This document shows positions 40,615 through 53,800 of a stretch of DNA of 64,000 nt, one piece after another. Source of the stretch: the human T2T-CHM13v2.0 reference genome, Homo sapiens; the NCBI RefSeq assembly GCF_009914755.1, contig NC_060925.1. The stretch is one strand, 5' to 3'. Each line of letters opens with the position of its first letter. Position 1 is the first letter of the stretch. Both the position numbers and the translations under genes were made by a program. The notes under the pieces are model-generated. The model searched no databases. It was not told the DNA's origin and saw nothing but the letters and a program-made list of their open reading frames with translations.

Positions 40615-42847
40615 GTGCAGCTGCAATGTAGGACCCAGAATCAACAGGGTATAGCATCAGTTCAGGCCCCGGCAGATAAATTATCATGCAACTGTGACTC
40701 TGGCCCTGGGATGATGGGGCAGGGCAGTAGCCCAGGATTTGTGAGGCCTGAACAGCAGCAACAAGAACTCAGGAATGGCAAGCTGCATGTGTGGCTTGCA
40801 CCTTGGGGGACAGGGAGCCACACAGAGATGACTCTACTTCCCAGGAATGTGAAGCACCTCATCAGCTCAGACTCTGTGCAGGGCTGGTCCAGTTCCAGGA
40901 AGGTGAGTAACTTTGACTGATCAGCCTGGAGGGCAGAATGGCTCAGCTCAGCCAAGGCTTTCATTCCCTTTGACATCAGGTGCCACATCTGCTCAGCCCC
41001 AGAAAGCACGGCTACACAGGTCAGTTGAGGCTCCAATTCCACAGGAGGTAGTGTGCCATGATGACTTGAGCACCAGGAGTGTGACTATTCTGGTGTACCA
41101 GGGGTGTGAGGTAATAGAGGATGAGACACCATGTTGGCTGTGATAACAAGGGGATGACTGTTCCCATGTTCCAAGGTCTAGAGTCTCCCAAGGGACAGAG
41201 TGCTGGGTCAACTCAAGCACTAGAGGGCATGACTGCTCTGGTGTGCCAGAAGCCTGAAGTCCCTGGGGGGTGTGACACTGTGTTGGTTTCAGCACCCGGG
41301 ACACAACTGTTCCAATGTTGTCAAGGCTCAGGACCCCAAGGAGGCAGGTTGCCAATTCAGCTTGAACCCCAGGGGGCAGGGCACATCAGCAAGGAATAGG
41401 AAGATGGAACGCTTTGCAGTGCTTGGACCCAGAGAGTAGGGCATAGCCTCAGCATGGCTCAGGGATGGCACACTACCAGGGGGGCATGGTGCCATGGTGA
41501 CAAAGCCTCAGGGGTGCACCCTTAGAGGTGTAAAATCTACTTTACCCCAGAGCAGGACATGCTCTAGCAATGGTTCCAGCTCCAGGACAGCATCTCAGGC
41601 CATAGGTTGATGGGGTATAGCGTAAGCTACTTCTCTGGGGATAGCACAATGTGTGGACTCTCGGGAAGTCCTTCAGCTGGGCTCAGAGCCTGTGAGGACT
41701 GCAGAAGTCTCCTATAGTGAAGTATAGTGAGGTGAAGATAGCAAGTGTCCACAGTAGTGATGGAGGCTGCTGGGTTCCTCTTATTTATCTTTTCCCATAG
41801 GGAGAAATTTCTCCTAGTTCCAAGCTGATCCCAACTGGGGGAAGGGGTGGCAGAGGCAAAGTGGATTTTTCCCCTTTCCTATACAGCCATCCTGGATTTC
41901 TGTGCTCGGCAGGCTTTCTGCTACTCCTTTGCTGTTCCCCTGTGCTCTCCTTTAGTTATTTTGGACAAAATGTTGTTCTCTATTTGTTGTTTGGGGATTT
42001 GTGTGTGTGTGTGTGACAGGGAAGATAGGTAGGAACTTCCAGCTTTTGTGTTGCTCTAAAATTAAGAACATTTATCTATGTGCATATTCTGATACATAAG
42101 TAAAAATTCACACATTTACAAATATGTATAAAGAGGCAGATTTTCAAGCATGGCTTTTCTTTAAAATCCATGTAACGTCTACTTCACCTTTAGTTAATAA
42201 ATGAATTCATCACCTGCCTCCACTTTTGCATTTTTTTTTTCAGTTTTGTTCTATAAATCTTTTTATCTATTTTTCTTTTGTTACTCCAAAGTTATACAAA
42301 TATACTACCTTCTAAATAGATCAAAATTATATTTATTATTTTATTATTGTCATTTTGGAAACAAGGAATATAGCAAAGAGATTTGAAAATTTGCTTTAGA
42401 ATAAATCAAATGTTCTAAGGTAAACTGCAATGTCCGTATTGACTGCATTCATTAGTCAGTATCAATTTTGGACTCTATTTTGTCTATCCAAACCTAAACT
42501 TTGATATTTACAAAAGTTAAGGGTCATATTTGTATGCACTCTTTAGTCTTATTTGTGATCAATAATGTCCTTGCTCCTCAGCTATTCAAAAATGAATGTT
42601 TCAGGACACTGGGGACAATGTACCTTGAAGTGAGATTTAACTATATGCCATTGTTCACAGTACCTCCACTGACAAGCGGTAACTTACTTCTCTAAGATGA
42701 ATACAAAAATATTTAGTCGTAGTAACATAGAATAATTATTTCAACTGTTTTCTCTCCTTGGGGGGAAAAATATACCTAAACTATTATAACCAAACAATCT
42801 TCCTTCATTGGGCTTATAAAGTAATTAATTTGGCATGCAAATCTTAA

Positions 42848-43244
<397 letters not shown>

Positions 43245-43698
43245 TCACATTTTTTAATTATTAAATCTCCCTTAAGAATTTGTTCTCCAATGAAGAGAAA
43301 CATAAATTATCAACAATTCTAAAAACAGGTTTGTTAAATGTCAAAGTATTCTTACCATTTTTTTCTTAGTTGTTGCTCTTGTAGCTAACTGTTCTCTTAT
43401 TAAGTACACAGATATGCTGGAAACATAATGAAGGCTGACCTTTCAGTTGTAAGTGCGCCTTAAAAAGATCAGTTCTACAGGGCCTGCCATCCATTTTTTG
43501 CATGGTTGTTGAAAAGGTGGCAAAAGTCTTATGCAGAACAAACTTCTTTTTAGGCTTTCTTTTTCATATTGCTTCTTGCATGAAATAGCAAGGCAAAGAA
43601 GTGCAGACTTACAAATCTCATTCATTGAGTATGAAGTATACAATATATATTATGCTCTTACCATATGCCTTCACTGTTTTACACACTGTGGATACTAT

Positions 43699-45091
43699 TG
43701 TGTCTGGAATTGGTGGGTTCTTGCTCTCACTGACTTCAAGAATGAAGCCGCAGACCCTCGCGGTGAGTGTTACAGCTCTTAAGGTGGCGCGTCTGGAGTC
43801 TGTCCCTTCTGATGTTCAGATGTGTTCGGAGTTGCTTCCTTCTGGTGGGTTCGTGGTCTCGCTGGCTCAGGAGTGAAGCTGCAGACTTTCGCGGTGAGTG
43901 TTACAGCTCTTAAGGCAGCGCGTCTGGACTTGTTCATTCCTCCCCGTGGGCTCGTGGTCTCGCTGGGCTCAGGAGTGAAGCTGCAGATCTTCGCGGTGAG
44001 TGTTACAGCTCATAAAAGTAGCATGGACCCAAAGAGTGAGCAGTAGCAAGATTTATTGCTAAGAGCGAAAGAACAAAGCTTCCACAGTGTGGAAGGGGAC
44101 CCGAGGGGATTGCCAATGCTGGCTCGGGCAGCCTGCTTTTATTCTCTTATCTGGCCCCACCCACATCCTGCTGATTGGTAGAGCCGAGTGGCCTGTTTTT
44201 TCAGGGCGCTGATGGGTGCGTTTACAATCCCTGAGCTAGATACAAAGGTTCTCCACGTCCCCATCAGATTAGTTAGATACAGAGTTTCAACACACAGGTT
44301 CTCCAAGGCCCCAGCAGAGCAGCTAGATACAGAGTGTCGACTGGTGCATTCACAAACCTTGAGCTAAACACAGGGTGCTGATTGGTGTATTTACAATCCC
44401 TGAGCTAGACATAAAGACTCTCCACGTCCCCACCAGACTCAGGTGCCCAGCTGGCTTCACCTAGTGGATCCGGCACCGGGGCTGCAGGTGGAGCTGCCTG
44501 CCAGTCCTGCACCGTGCACTCACATTCCTCAGCCCTTGGGTGGTCAATGGGACTGGGCGCCGTGGAGCAGGGGGTGGTGCTCGTCAGGGAGGCTTGGGCC
44601 GCACAGGAGCCCATGGAGTGGGTGGGAGGCTCAGGCATGGCGGGCTGCAGGTCCCGAGCCCTGCCCCGCGGGAAGGCAGCTAAGGCCCGGCGAGAAATCG
44701 AGCACAGCGCTGGTGGGCCGGCACTGCTGGGGGACCCAGTACACCCTCCGCAGCCACTGGCCCGGGTGCTAAGTCCCTCATTGCCCAGGGCCAGCAGGGC
44801 TGGCTGGCTGGCTGCTCTGAGTGCGGGGCCCGCCAAGCCCACGCCCACCCGGAACTCCAGCTGGCCCGCAAGCTCGGCACGCAGCCCCGGTTCCCGCTCG
44901 CGCCTCTCCCTCCACACCTCCCTGCAAGCTGAGGGAGTGGGCTCCAGCCTTGGCCAGACCAGAAAGGGGCTCCCACAGTGCAGTGGGGGGCTGAAGGGCT
45001 CCTCAAATGCTGCCAAAGTGGGAGCCCAGGCAGGGGAGGTGCCGAGAGCAAGTGAGGGCTGTGAGGACTGCCAGCACGCTGTCACCTCTCA
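43699..45091 (-). mobile_element. LTR12C (ERV9) solo LTR, full length
   Basis: The minus strand begins TGAGAGGTGACAGCGTGCTGGCAGTCC and ends CCAATTCCAGACACA. Perfect 4-bp TSD 'ctat' at 43695-43698 and 45092-45095. Internal U3 and U5 tandem repeats. Confidence 0.97.
44100..44430 (-). promoter_or_regulatory. LTR12C U3 enhancer/promoter (CCAAT/NF-Y and GATA repeats), leftward-facing
   Basis: Intact 'ctgattggt' near 44171 and 44379, 'tagatac' repeats, and an AATAAA TATA-like element ('ttttatt' near 44137). Activity is not shown by sequence. Confidence 0.6.
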
Positions 45092-45178
45092 CTATGGGAA
45101 ATGAGGATTCTTGATATAATAGAGTGTATATTTTGGGGAAAAGCAGAAGTGAGATGGAAAATATAAGGATTTCAGATA

Positions 45179-45342
45179 AAGGCATACCTCAGAGATAATG
45201 TGGGTTTGGTTTCAAACCACTGCAATAAACTGAATATCACAGTAAAGTGAGTAACACAATTGTTTTGGTTTCCCAGTGCATATTGAAGTTGTGTTTACAC
45301 TACACCATAGTCTATTACATGTGTAGTAATAGCACTTTGCCT
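45179..45342 (-). mobile_element. Isolated Tigger1 right-end fragment
   Basis: TA followed by 'aaggcatacctcagagataatgtgggtttggtttcaaaccactgcaataaa'. Confidence 0.88.
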
Positions 45343-45549
45343 ATGAGGTAAACATGTACAAAGGTCAGGGTGGAGGCATGACTAACACAAGATGTTAAGA
45401 ATGATATGAACGTGTCTTTGCTATTTCTGCCTAATGACTCAGTCTGATATAAAACCCTTTCTTCTGGTAAATGGTGGCATAGAGTATGGGATAGTGTGAT
45501 AGCAAATTTGACCTTTTATTAATCACAAAATAAAAAACCTCTAGCTTAA

Positions 45550-45996
45550 GTTTGGAGATTTCTCAAAGAACTTAAACAGAACTGTCATTTGATGCAACAA
45601 ACCCATTACTGCTTATATACCCAAGGGAATATAAATTATTCTGCTGTAGAAACTCATGCACGTGTAAGTTTGTCACAGCCCTTTTCACAATAACCAAATC
45701 ATGGATTCAACCTAGATGCCCATCAACAGCAAGGACTTAAATGAGGCAAGAGGGTGCTAAACATTGAATACACATGGATACAAACAGGGGAATCATAAAC
45801 ACGAGGACTTACTTGAAGGTGGAAGGTAGGAGGAGAGTGAGGATCAAAAAACTACCTTCAGGTACCATGCTCACAAACTGGGTGATGAAATCATTTGTAC
45901 ACCAAACCCCAGTGACACACAAGTTACCCATGTAACAAACCTGCACATGTACCCCCAGATTCTAAAATAAAAGTTGGAAGAAAAGAAATTAAAATT
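45550..45996 (+). mobile_element. L1PA15/16-like 3' fragment, internally deleted
   Basis: 'tttggagatttctcaaagaacttaaa...cccatgtaacaaacctgcacatgtacccc'; TSD 'aaaaa(c/t)ctctagcttaa' on both sides. Confidence 0.88.
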
Positions 45997-46173
45997 AAAA
46001 ATCTCTAGCTTAAAAAATTCTGATTATAATTTTAAAATATAGTGCACCAATTTTATAGCTGATACTTGGCTTTGCATTTGCTATTTTGATTTGAGTTTCT
46101 CTGATTATTAGTAAGTATGGACATTTATTTACAGAGTAATTAGCTACTTCTATTTTCTTTTGTGAATTATATG

Positions 46174-48418
46174 CAAGCATACCTAAGAGATATTGTGGGG
46201 TTGGTTCCAGACCACTGCAATATAGCAAATATTGCAATAAAGAAAGTCACATCTTCTTTTGGTTTCTCAGTACATATAAGCTATGTTTAAACTATACTGT
46301 AATCTATTAAGTGTGCAATAGCATTGTGTCTAAAAAATGTATATACCTTAATTTAGCACATTTTATTGCTCAAAAATGCTAATAATCACCTGAGCCTTCA
46401 GCTCAGCCTTTTGCTGGTAGAAGGTCTTGCCTTGATGTTGATAGCTGTTGATTGATCAGAGTGATGGCTTTTGAAGGCTGAGGTGGCTTTTCAATTTCTT
46501 AAAATAAGACAAAAGTGAAGTTTGTCATATGAAGTGACTCTTCCTTTCACAAAAGAGAGTCTCAACATGCAGTGCTGTTTGGTAACATTTTATTCACAGT
46601 ATAACTTTTTTCAAAATTGGAATAAATCCTCTCAAACTTTGTTGCTGTTTCATCAACTAAGTTTATATAACATTCTAAGTTCTTTATTGTAATTTCTACA
46701 ATGTTCACAATATCTCCATCAGGAGTAGGATTTATCTTTAGAAACTACTTCCTTTGCTTATCCATAAGAAGCAACTACTCATCCATTCAAGTTTTATCAA
46801 GAGATTATAGCAATTCAGTCACCTCTTCAGGCTCCACTTCTAACTCTAGTTCTCTTGCTTGTTACTACCATATCTGCAGTTACTACCTTCACTAAAGTCT
46901 TGAACCCCCTCAAAGTCATTTATGAGGGCTAGCCTTAACTTATTCCAAATTCTTGTTAGTGTTGTTTTTTTACTTCCATAAATCACAAATGTTCTCAATG
47001 ACATCTAGAATGGGAAATCCTTTCCATAATGTTTTTAATTTCTTTTGCCCAAATCCAACAGAGGAATTACCATCTACAACAGCTATAGCCTTACGAAACA
47101 TATTTCTTAGATAATAAGACTTGAAAGTCAAAATTACTCCTGATCTATGAACTGCAAAATAGATATCATGTTAGCAGACATGAAAATAACATTAATTCCT
47201 TGTACATCTAGATCAGAGGTCTTTTATGACTAGGTGCCTTTTCATTGACCAGTAACACTTTGAAAAAAAAAAATCTTTTTTCTGATTTGTAGGTCTCAAC
47301 AGTGGGCTTAAAACATTCAGCAAACCATGCTGTAAACAGATGTGCTGTCATCTAGGCTCTGTTGTTCCATTTATAGAATACAGGAGCACAGGCAGACAGG
47401 ATTTAGCGTGTTCTTAAGAGCCTTGGGATTTCAGAATGACAAATGATCATTAGCTTCAACTTAAAGTCACCAGTTGCATTAGCCCCTAACAGAGAGCGAG
47501 AGTCAACCTGTTCTATGAAGCCTGGCATTGACTTCTCCATGCTACCCATGAAAGAACTAGCTGGCGTCTTCTTCTAATACAATACTGTTTTGTCTACATC
47601 GAAGATCCGTTTTTTATTGTAGTCACCTTCATCAATTATCTTTGCTAGATCTTCTACAGAACTTGCTACAGTTCACCTTGGAGAAGTTGAGGGAGACATC
47701 AACACTTGCTGCTTTACCTTGCACTTTTATGTTAGAAAGACGGTTTCTTTCCTTAAATCTCGTGAAGCAAACTCTGCTAGTTTTAAACTTTCCATTTGCA
47801 GCTTCTTTACCTCTCTCAGCATTCATAGAATTGAAGAGCGTTAAGGCCTTGCTCTAAATTAGACTTTGACTTAAGGGAATTTTTTGACTAGTTTAATCTT
47901 CTATCTACAACACTAAAACTTTCTCCATATCAGCAATAAGGCTGTTTTGTTTTCATTCATGCATTCACTGGAGTAGCACTTTTAATTTTCTCCAAGAGCT
48001 TTTTCTTTGCATTCACACCTTGGCTGTTTGGCACTTGAAACCTAACCGTTGGCCTGTCTCAGCTTTCAACATGCCATCATCAGTAAGCTTAACCATTTCT
48101 AGTGGTTGATTTAAAGTGAGAGACATAAGGTTATTAACTGGCCTAATTTCAATATTGTGTGTCCAGGAATAGGGAGGCCTGAGGAAAGGAAGAAAAATGC
48201 TGGAATCACCATAGCAGATATAATAATAATAATAAAGTTTAAAATATCGTGAGAATTACCAAAACGTGACACAGAGACACAACGTAAGTACATGCTATCG
48301 GAAAAATGACGCCAATAGACTTACTCAGCTCAGGGTTGCCGCAAACCTTCAATTCATTAAAAAAAAAAAAAAGTTATTTGCAAAGCACAATAAAGTGCAA
48401 TAAAGTGACTTATGCCTA
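46174..48418 (-). mobile_element. Tigger1 DNA transposon, near full length, dead
   Basis: Both ends present ('caagcatacct' and 'gcaataaagtgacttatgccta'+TA). Minus-strand transposase relic [39 protein letters not shown]. Confidence 0.95.
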
Positions 48419-48463
48419 TAGTGACCATTGCTATGAAGAAAATTGATAATAAAAATAGGATAG

Positions 48464-48755
48464 TGCTAGGCATGGTGGCTCATGCCTATAATCTCAGCAC
48501 TTTGAGAGGCTGAGCAGGGCAGAATGCTTGAGCCCAGGAGTTTGAGAGCAGCCTGAGCATCGTGGCGAAACCCTGTCTCTACAAAAAAATACAAAATTTA
48601 GCTGGGCATGGGTGGCACACACCTGTAGTCCCAGCTGCTCAGGAGGCTGAGGAGGGAGAATCACCTGAGCCTGGGAGGTGGAGGCCTGCAGTGAGCCATG
48701 ATCAGACCACTGCGCTCCAGCCTGGGTGGTGGAGTAAGACCCTTTCTCAAAAAAT
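48464..48755 (+). mobile_element. AluJ
   Basis: 'gcttgagcccaggagtttgagagcagcc'; diverged dimer. Confidence 0.92.
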
Positions 48756-48809
48756 TTAATAATTAATTAGTTAATTAATAATAATAATACGATGCAGCTT
48801 GATTGGGTA

Positions 48810-49500
48810 GGAGGGGAATCCTACTTTAAAAAGGGAAGGTAACTGAAGATGTAACATTGAGGCTGTCATCTGAATAATGAGAATGAGTTAGCCAGGCAAA
48901 GCTCTAGCAAAAGAGTTTTCCAGACCTAGGGAACCAAATGCAAAGGCTCAGAGGTAATAACAAGCTTAACATATGTGAAGAAAAGAGAGATGGGGAGAAA
49001 ACTGACAAATTGCAAGACATGGAGAAAATGAAGCCAAAGAGTTCGTTGGAAGCCAGATTAGAAGAGCTTGAAAACCTAAATTGGAAGATGGGATTTTATT
49101 CAATCCAAAAGTTTTTGTATGGTTTTAAGCCAAAAAAAAAATGCTATGGTAGGGTTTGTATACTTAAAATATCCGTTTGTTGATATGTTAAAGCGGGACC
49201 CTAGGGAAATGAAACTAAAAGAGAGATCAAAAAGCTACAGAAACAGTCCAAAAAAGAGATGACAGTAACTTTAAGTTTCGTTGTTAAGAATGAAAATCAT
49301 GAGAAGTAGCGTGTTCAGGAAGTGCTTGAGATAGAGTCCAAAAAACATGCTGATGTATCGTGTGTTAGGAGAGAGGGAAATAGAGGAATCAAATATAGCT
49401 CCTGAGATTAGTATACAAGCAATTTGTTAGATGATAGACCCATTAACTGAAGTAGAAAACAGTGGGGGAGGAGACGTTTAGAAAGATGTGAAAAACAAGA
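48810..49500 (-). mobile_element. L2 fragment
   Basis: Purine-rich reverse L2: 'ctgaagatgtaacattgaggctgtcatctgaataatgaga' and 'gagagggaaatagaggaatcaaa'. Confidence 0.65.
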
Positions 49501-49599
49501 ATTCTGCCTGTTGAAATGGGGTTGCCCTCTCCAACTTGAGGATGATGTAGACATAAAACTCTAGCCATGCTTGATCAACTTTAGGGAAAAAAAAATTGC

Positions 49600-49830
49600 T
49601 ACCTTTAAAGGAGTACTAAGCACACTATATGCCTAATCACAATTAATTCTCACAACATTGCTATGAGAAAACTGCTGACATCATATTCTTTATACAGATG
49701 AGAAAATTAAGATTTAGAGAGGTTACATGCATTGTGAAAAAAAAAAAAAAAAAAAAAAACCCAGCAGTGGGCATTGAAAATCTACATCCAAATTTGGCTG
49801 ACCCCAGAGCCCAAGCTCTGAAATACTATG
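49600..49830 (-). mobile_element. MIR interrupted by an A23 run
   Basis: 'tatacagatgagaaaattaagatttagagaggttac' and 'tggctgaccccagagcccaagctct'. Confidence 0.75.
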
Positions 49831-50302
49831 TGTCAAGAAAAGGACCCCTAGTACAGATAAAGTTTACCAAAATTCCAAGGAAGAAAGCCATTTCCAAGTC
49901 TCTGGGGAATGGATCTGGATTCAGGAGGTTTTCGTCATAAGAATAAAAATGGGATCTAGAAAGTCAATCCTATATCAAAGGCGGAGTAGTAACAAATTGT
50001 CTTTTGGCTCATTCCAATAGCCATAGCAGACTAAAGAAGATAAATTTCCTTTCCCTGTGAAGACTGTTCCAAGAACAAGAGATAGCACGTAATTTGCCAC
50101 TTGGCTGTTAAGTGGTTCTGGTTGCGTGGATTGGAAAGATGCTAGTTCCAGGATCATTCAGTCAGTCTGAAGGCAATTTCCTCCTTTATACTAGTCATCA
50201 CTGATTGGGCAGAACATAAATAAGTTGCCCAAGCAGTTGCTTCCATCAGACCCTCACCAGCTCTAATGCTGGAGAGGATATTGAGAAAGAAATAGTTAAA
50301 CC

Positions 50303-50612
50303 AGCTGGGCATGGTGGCTCATGCCTGTAATCCCAACACTTTGGGAGGCCGAGGCGGGCAGATCACCTGAGGTTGAGAGTTCGAGACTAGCCTGACCAAC
50401 ATGAAGAAACCCTGTCTCTACTAAAAATGAAGAATTCCCCAGGCGTGGTGGCGCAAGCCTGTAATCACAGCTACTCGAGAGGCAGGAGATTCGCTTGAAC
50501 CCGGGAGGCGGAGGTTGAGGGAGAGCTGAGATCGCGCCACTGCACTCCAGCCTGGGCAACAAGAGCGAAACACAGTCTCAAAAAAAGAATGAATAGATAA
50601 AAATAAAAAAGA
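50303..50612 (+). mobile_element. AluSp/Sq-like
   Basis: 'ctgggcaacaagagcgaaac'; TSD 'aaagaaa(t/c)agttaaacca'. Confidence 0.95.
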
Positions 50613-50774
50613 AAAGAAACAGTTAAACCAAGTTATCTTAAGAGTTGTGGTTGAAGGAACACATGTTTAGTATTTTTATATTGAAAATAGCCTTTCCATA
50701 TTTCTCACCAATTGGTAGATTATTTCCTCTTTGGATAACCTTTAGAAAGAGATTTCCTTCTAAAAGGAGTCTTA

Positions 50775-51091
<317 letters not shown>

Positions 51092-51379
51092 TCCCTTAAA
51101 TTATGATAAAGTGGAGACTGGTAATCACTACATGAGGCTAGACAGAGCACTAGATTTGAAAGATAAAAAATCAATTTTAGGACTAATAAATAAGGCCACA
51201 AGACATTTCATAATACTTGGAAGAGTAATCTCAGCTACACCATAAAAGTACTTAAGGTCCTATTCCAATTCCTTAAGTGAAGAGACTTAAAAATTTATAT
51301 CTGGACTACATACTATAATCTATCAATATGGCATAATCAATTAATTACATTGTTTATTAATCTGATACTAATTAGTTAA

Positions 51380-52120
51380 TTCATTCGACAGATAATACCT
51401 AGTAAGACTCAGACACTGTGCTGGGTGTTGGATACAATGCTGAAGAAGATTTTGACCTCTTGAAGTACACAGTTTGATGAAGGAGGCAAATAAACAATGT
51501 GTAATTGCAAATACTGATAACTGGGAAGAAGAAAAGAATAAAACTCAGTGGGAGAGAATAATGAGGAAGACTTAGTTTAGATTGGTTAATCTAGGCAGGT
51601 TTCTTTGCAAAGGACCCAGTTGGGGAAGAAGGAATGAAATGCAGGCAGTTAGAACAGCTCATGCAAAAATCAAGAACCTGGTGAAATTCAAGGAACTGAA
51701 AATCATGGGTGTGGCTGGAGAGAAGTGAAGGTAGAAGGAGATGGATTTGGAGAATAGGAAGCAAGCAGATCATGAAAGGTCTCATTAAAACATGTGGGCA
51801 TTTTAATTGCTTGTTTCTAAATGCAAGAAAAATCAAGAACGCAGCACAACCTGATAGAGGTTCTTAAAAGACCATGCTGGATCTTATGTCAATAGTGGAT
51901 TAACAGAGAGCAAGATTAAAGCTAGAGAGACATACTCTTAGGCTATATTTTATATGGGGAATCTTGACGGTGGCTTAGCCTAAGAGGTACAGTTGCAGTA
52001 GAGATGGGGAGAAAGGTGTGGATTAGACATTCATTTTGAAGGTAAAATAAACAAAGCTCGGTGATGTATCACAGCTAAAGAGGAAGAAGTGGGTAAAAAA
52101 GAGCAATTTCCAATTTTTAG
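51380..52120 (-). mobile_element. L2 3' region
   Basis: 'ttcattcgacagat...agacactgtgctgggtgttggatacaatg' followed by a purine-rich reverse L2 body. Confidence 0.7.
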
Positions 52121-52751
52121 CCCTGAATCCATGGGTAGATAGAATTAATACAAAGAAAACTGACATTGTTTTAATTCTATTATTCAAATTCAGTTATTCT
52201 TATTAAAATTTTTATTGTTTTGCCAAATAAAATGGGAAAAATTATTGATTTCATTTTTGGCTGAGAGAATGAGAGGCACTTTCTGCGGTGACCTCAGATA
52301 AAGACAGCAGCCAAGCTTTCTGTCTTGGAAGACTTTCCTCTTTGTCTTCCTGGGGAATTAGTAATAGAATTCTTGTCCAATTCCTCAAGCCCAGGCCTGC
52401 AGGGTGAGCCTGCTCACAAAAGAATATTCTGGGAGGATGGAGTGCAGAGGCATAGGGGACTGCCCTGAGCTAGGAGAAGTGGAATTGGATTCCTCAGGAG
52501 TTAAAGGGGTTCTTTTGACAATAGTGACAGACTCCCATTCACCCAGTTCCAAAAACAAACAGAAACTTACTGCGGGTTCTTAACATCTATCCTTCCATTC
52601 ATTGAGACAGCAAGTCCTAGAGAGCAGTCTTCAAATTAAAATTTTAGCATAAATTTAAGTAAGTTTATTTCTGATAATAAGGAATAGAAAATATAAGATC
52701 CTTAAGAGATAAAAGAAAAGGTAGTGTTTTGTCAAAATAAAAAATAACTCA

Positions 52752-53045
<294 letters not shown>

Positions 53046-53740
53046 ATAAATAATAACTCATGTTTGATAAAATTAGTTTTAAAAGCCACTGAATCTGAAA
53101 AAAAGGCACAAACATTTATTAATAAACTTTTTTGATGTATCTTGATAATTTTGATAGTCCCACAGAAGATTCCAGTTACAGTGAAAATAATTGACTCTAA
53201 TCTCTGCAGCTTTGGCTGTTACAAATTCAGAACATTCCCAAATGGGCCCTGAGATCCCAGTGCTAACATCAAGCTTAACTCTGAACAGAAATATTTTTAA
53301 GGTTGAGAAAAGTAGGAAGTCTTACAGTTTAAAATGCCTTGAATATTCACTAGATGTTTCACTGAAATACCTGAGGTCTTTATATTGCAGGGTAAGGCAT
53401 AATAGCAAATCACGGTAAGGGACATGGGTTTCTCTTATAAAGTGAAAAAACCACTGTGTATTCAGGTTTCTTCTCTGGATAATCAGTTCTAAAAAAGGAT
53501 GTGTATGGAAGTTGAGGTTCTGAAAACTGACTCCCTTAAAAATATCTATGCATGCAGATCTCTTAGAAAGTTTATAATTTCCACCAGTTTGAAGACTTTT
53601 CCTGAAGACCACACTGTCTCTAGTACACAATCTTCATTATTACATTCCCAAAGATTGAGAATTTGATGAACTTGAGCCTTAGTGGTACTGTATTATTATT
53701 GTGCTATCTCTCAAGCTGGTGTCTACCTTTGAAGGTAGAC

Positions 53741-53800
53741 ATATTGAGTAATATTGAGTAATTGAGTAATATTGAATAAATATTGAGACATATTGAGTAA
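53741..53800. repeat. Degenerate 10-bp tandem repeat (ATATTGAGTA), about 6 units
   Basis: Read directly: atattgagta atattgagta attgagta atattgaataa atattgagac atattgagta. Confidence 0.9.

Larger units (their letters stand above)
35285..42042 (-). mobile_element. L1MA9-like LINE-1 with a long GC-rich 5' UTR (about 39700-42042); chimeric in ORF2
   Basis: The 3' end at 35285-35545 matches the reverse L1MA9-type 'ttactatagtgaggcaaatgaacatatccatc...tatagtcctcatattgtacattag'. Antisense endonuclease and ORF1 relics at 37075-39560. The ORF2 segment 35547-37074 is L1MA2-like instead. Confidence 0.85.

Noticed and set aside
39700-42042. GC-rich block with 100-126 aa ORFs as a gene or promoter island
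   Set aside because: CpG-depleted and contiguous with antisense L1 ORF1; best explained as the decayed 5' UTR of the old L1.
44405-45104. Longest ORFs in the track (226, 196, 123 and 109 aa)
   Set aside because: All lie within the GC-rich U3 of LTR12C, which is open in several frames on both strands; they are not genes.
46701-48293. Tigger1 ORF pieces as a TIGD-type gene
   Set aside because: Only short relics broken by stops and indels.
53741-53800. CRISPR-like array, also considered for the LTR12C internal repeats at 43730-44430
   Set aside because: No unique spacers, no cas genes, and a eukaryotic context; these are ordinary tandem repeats.
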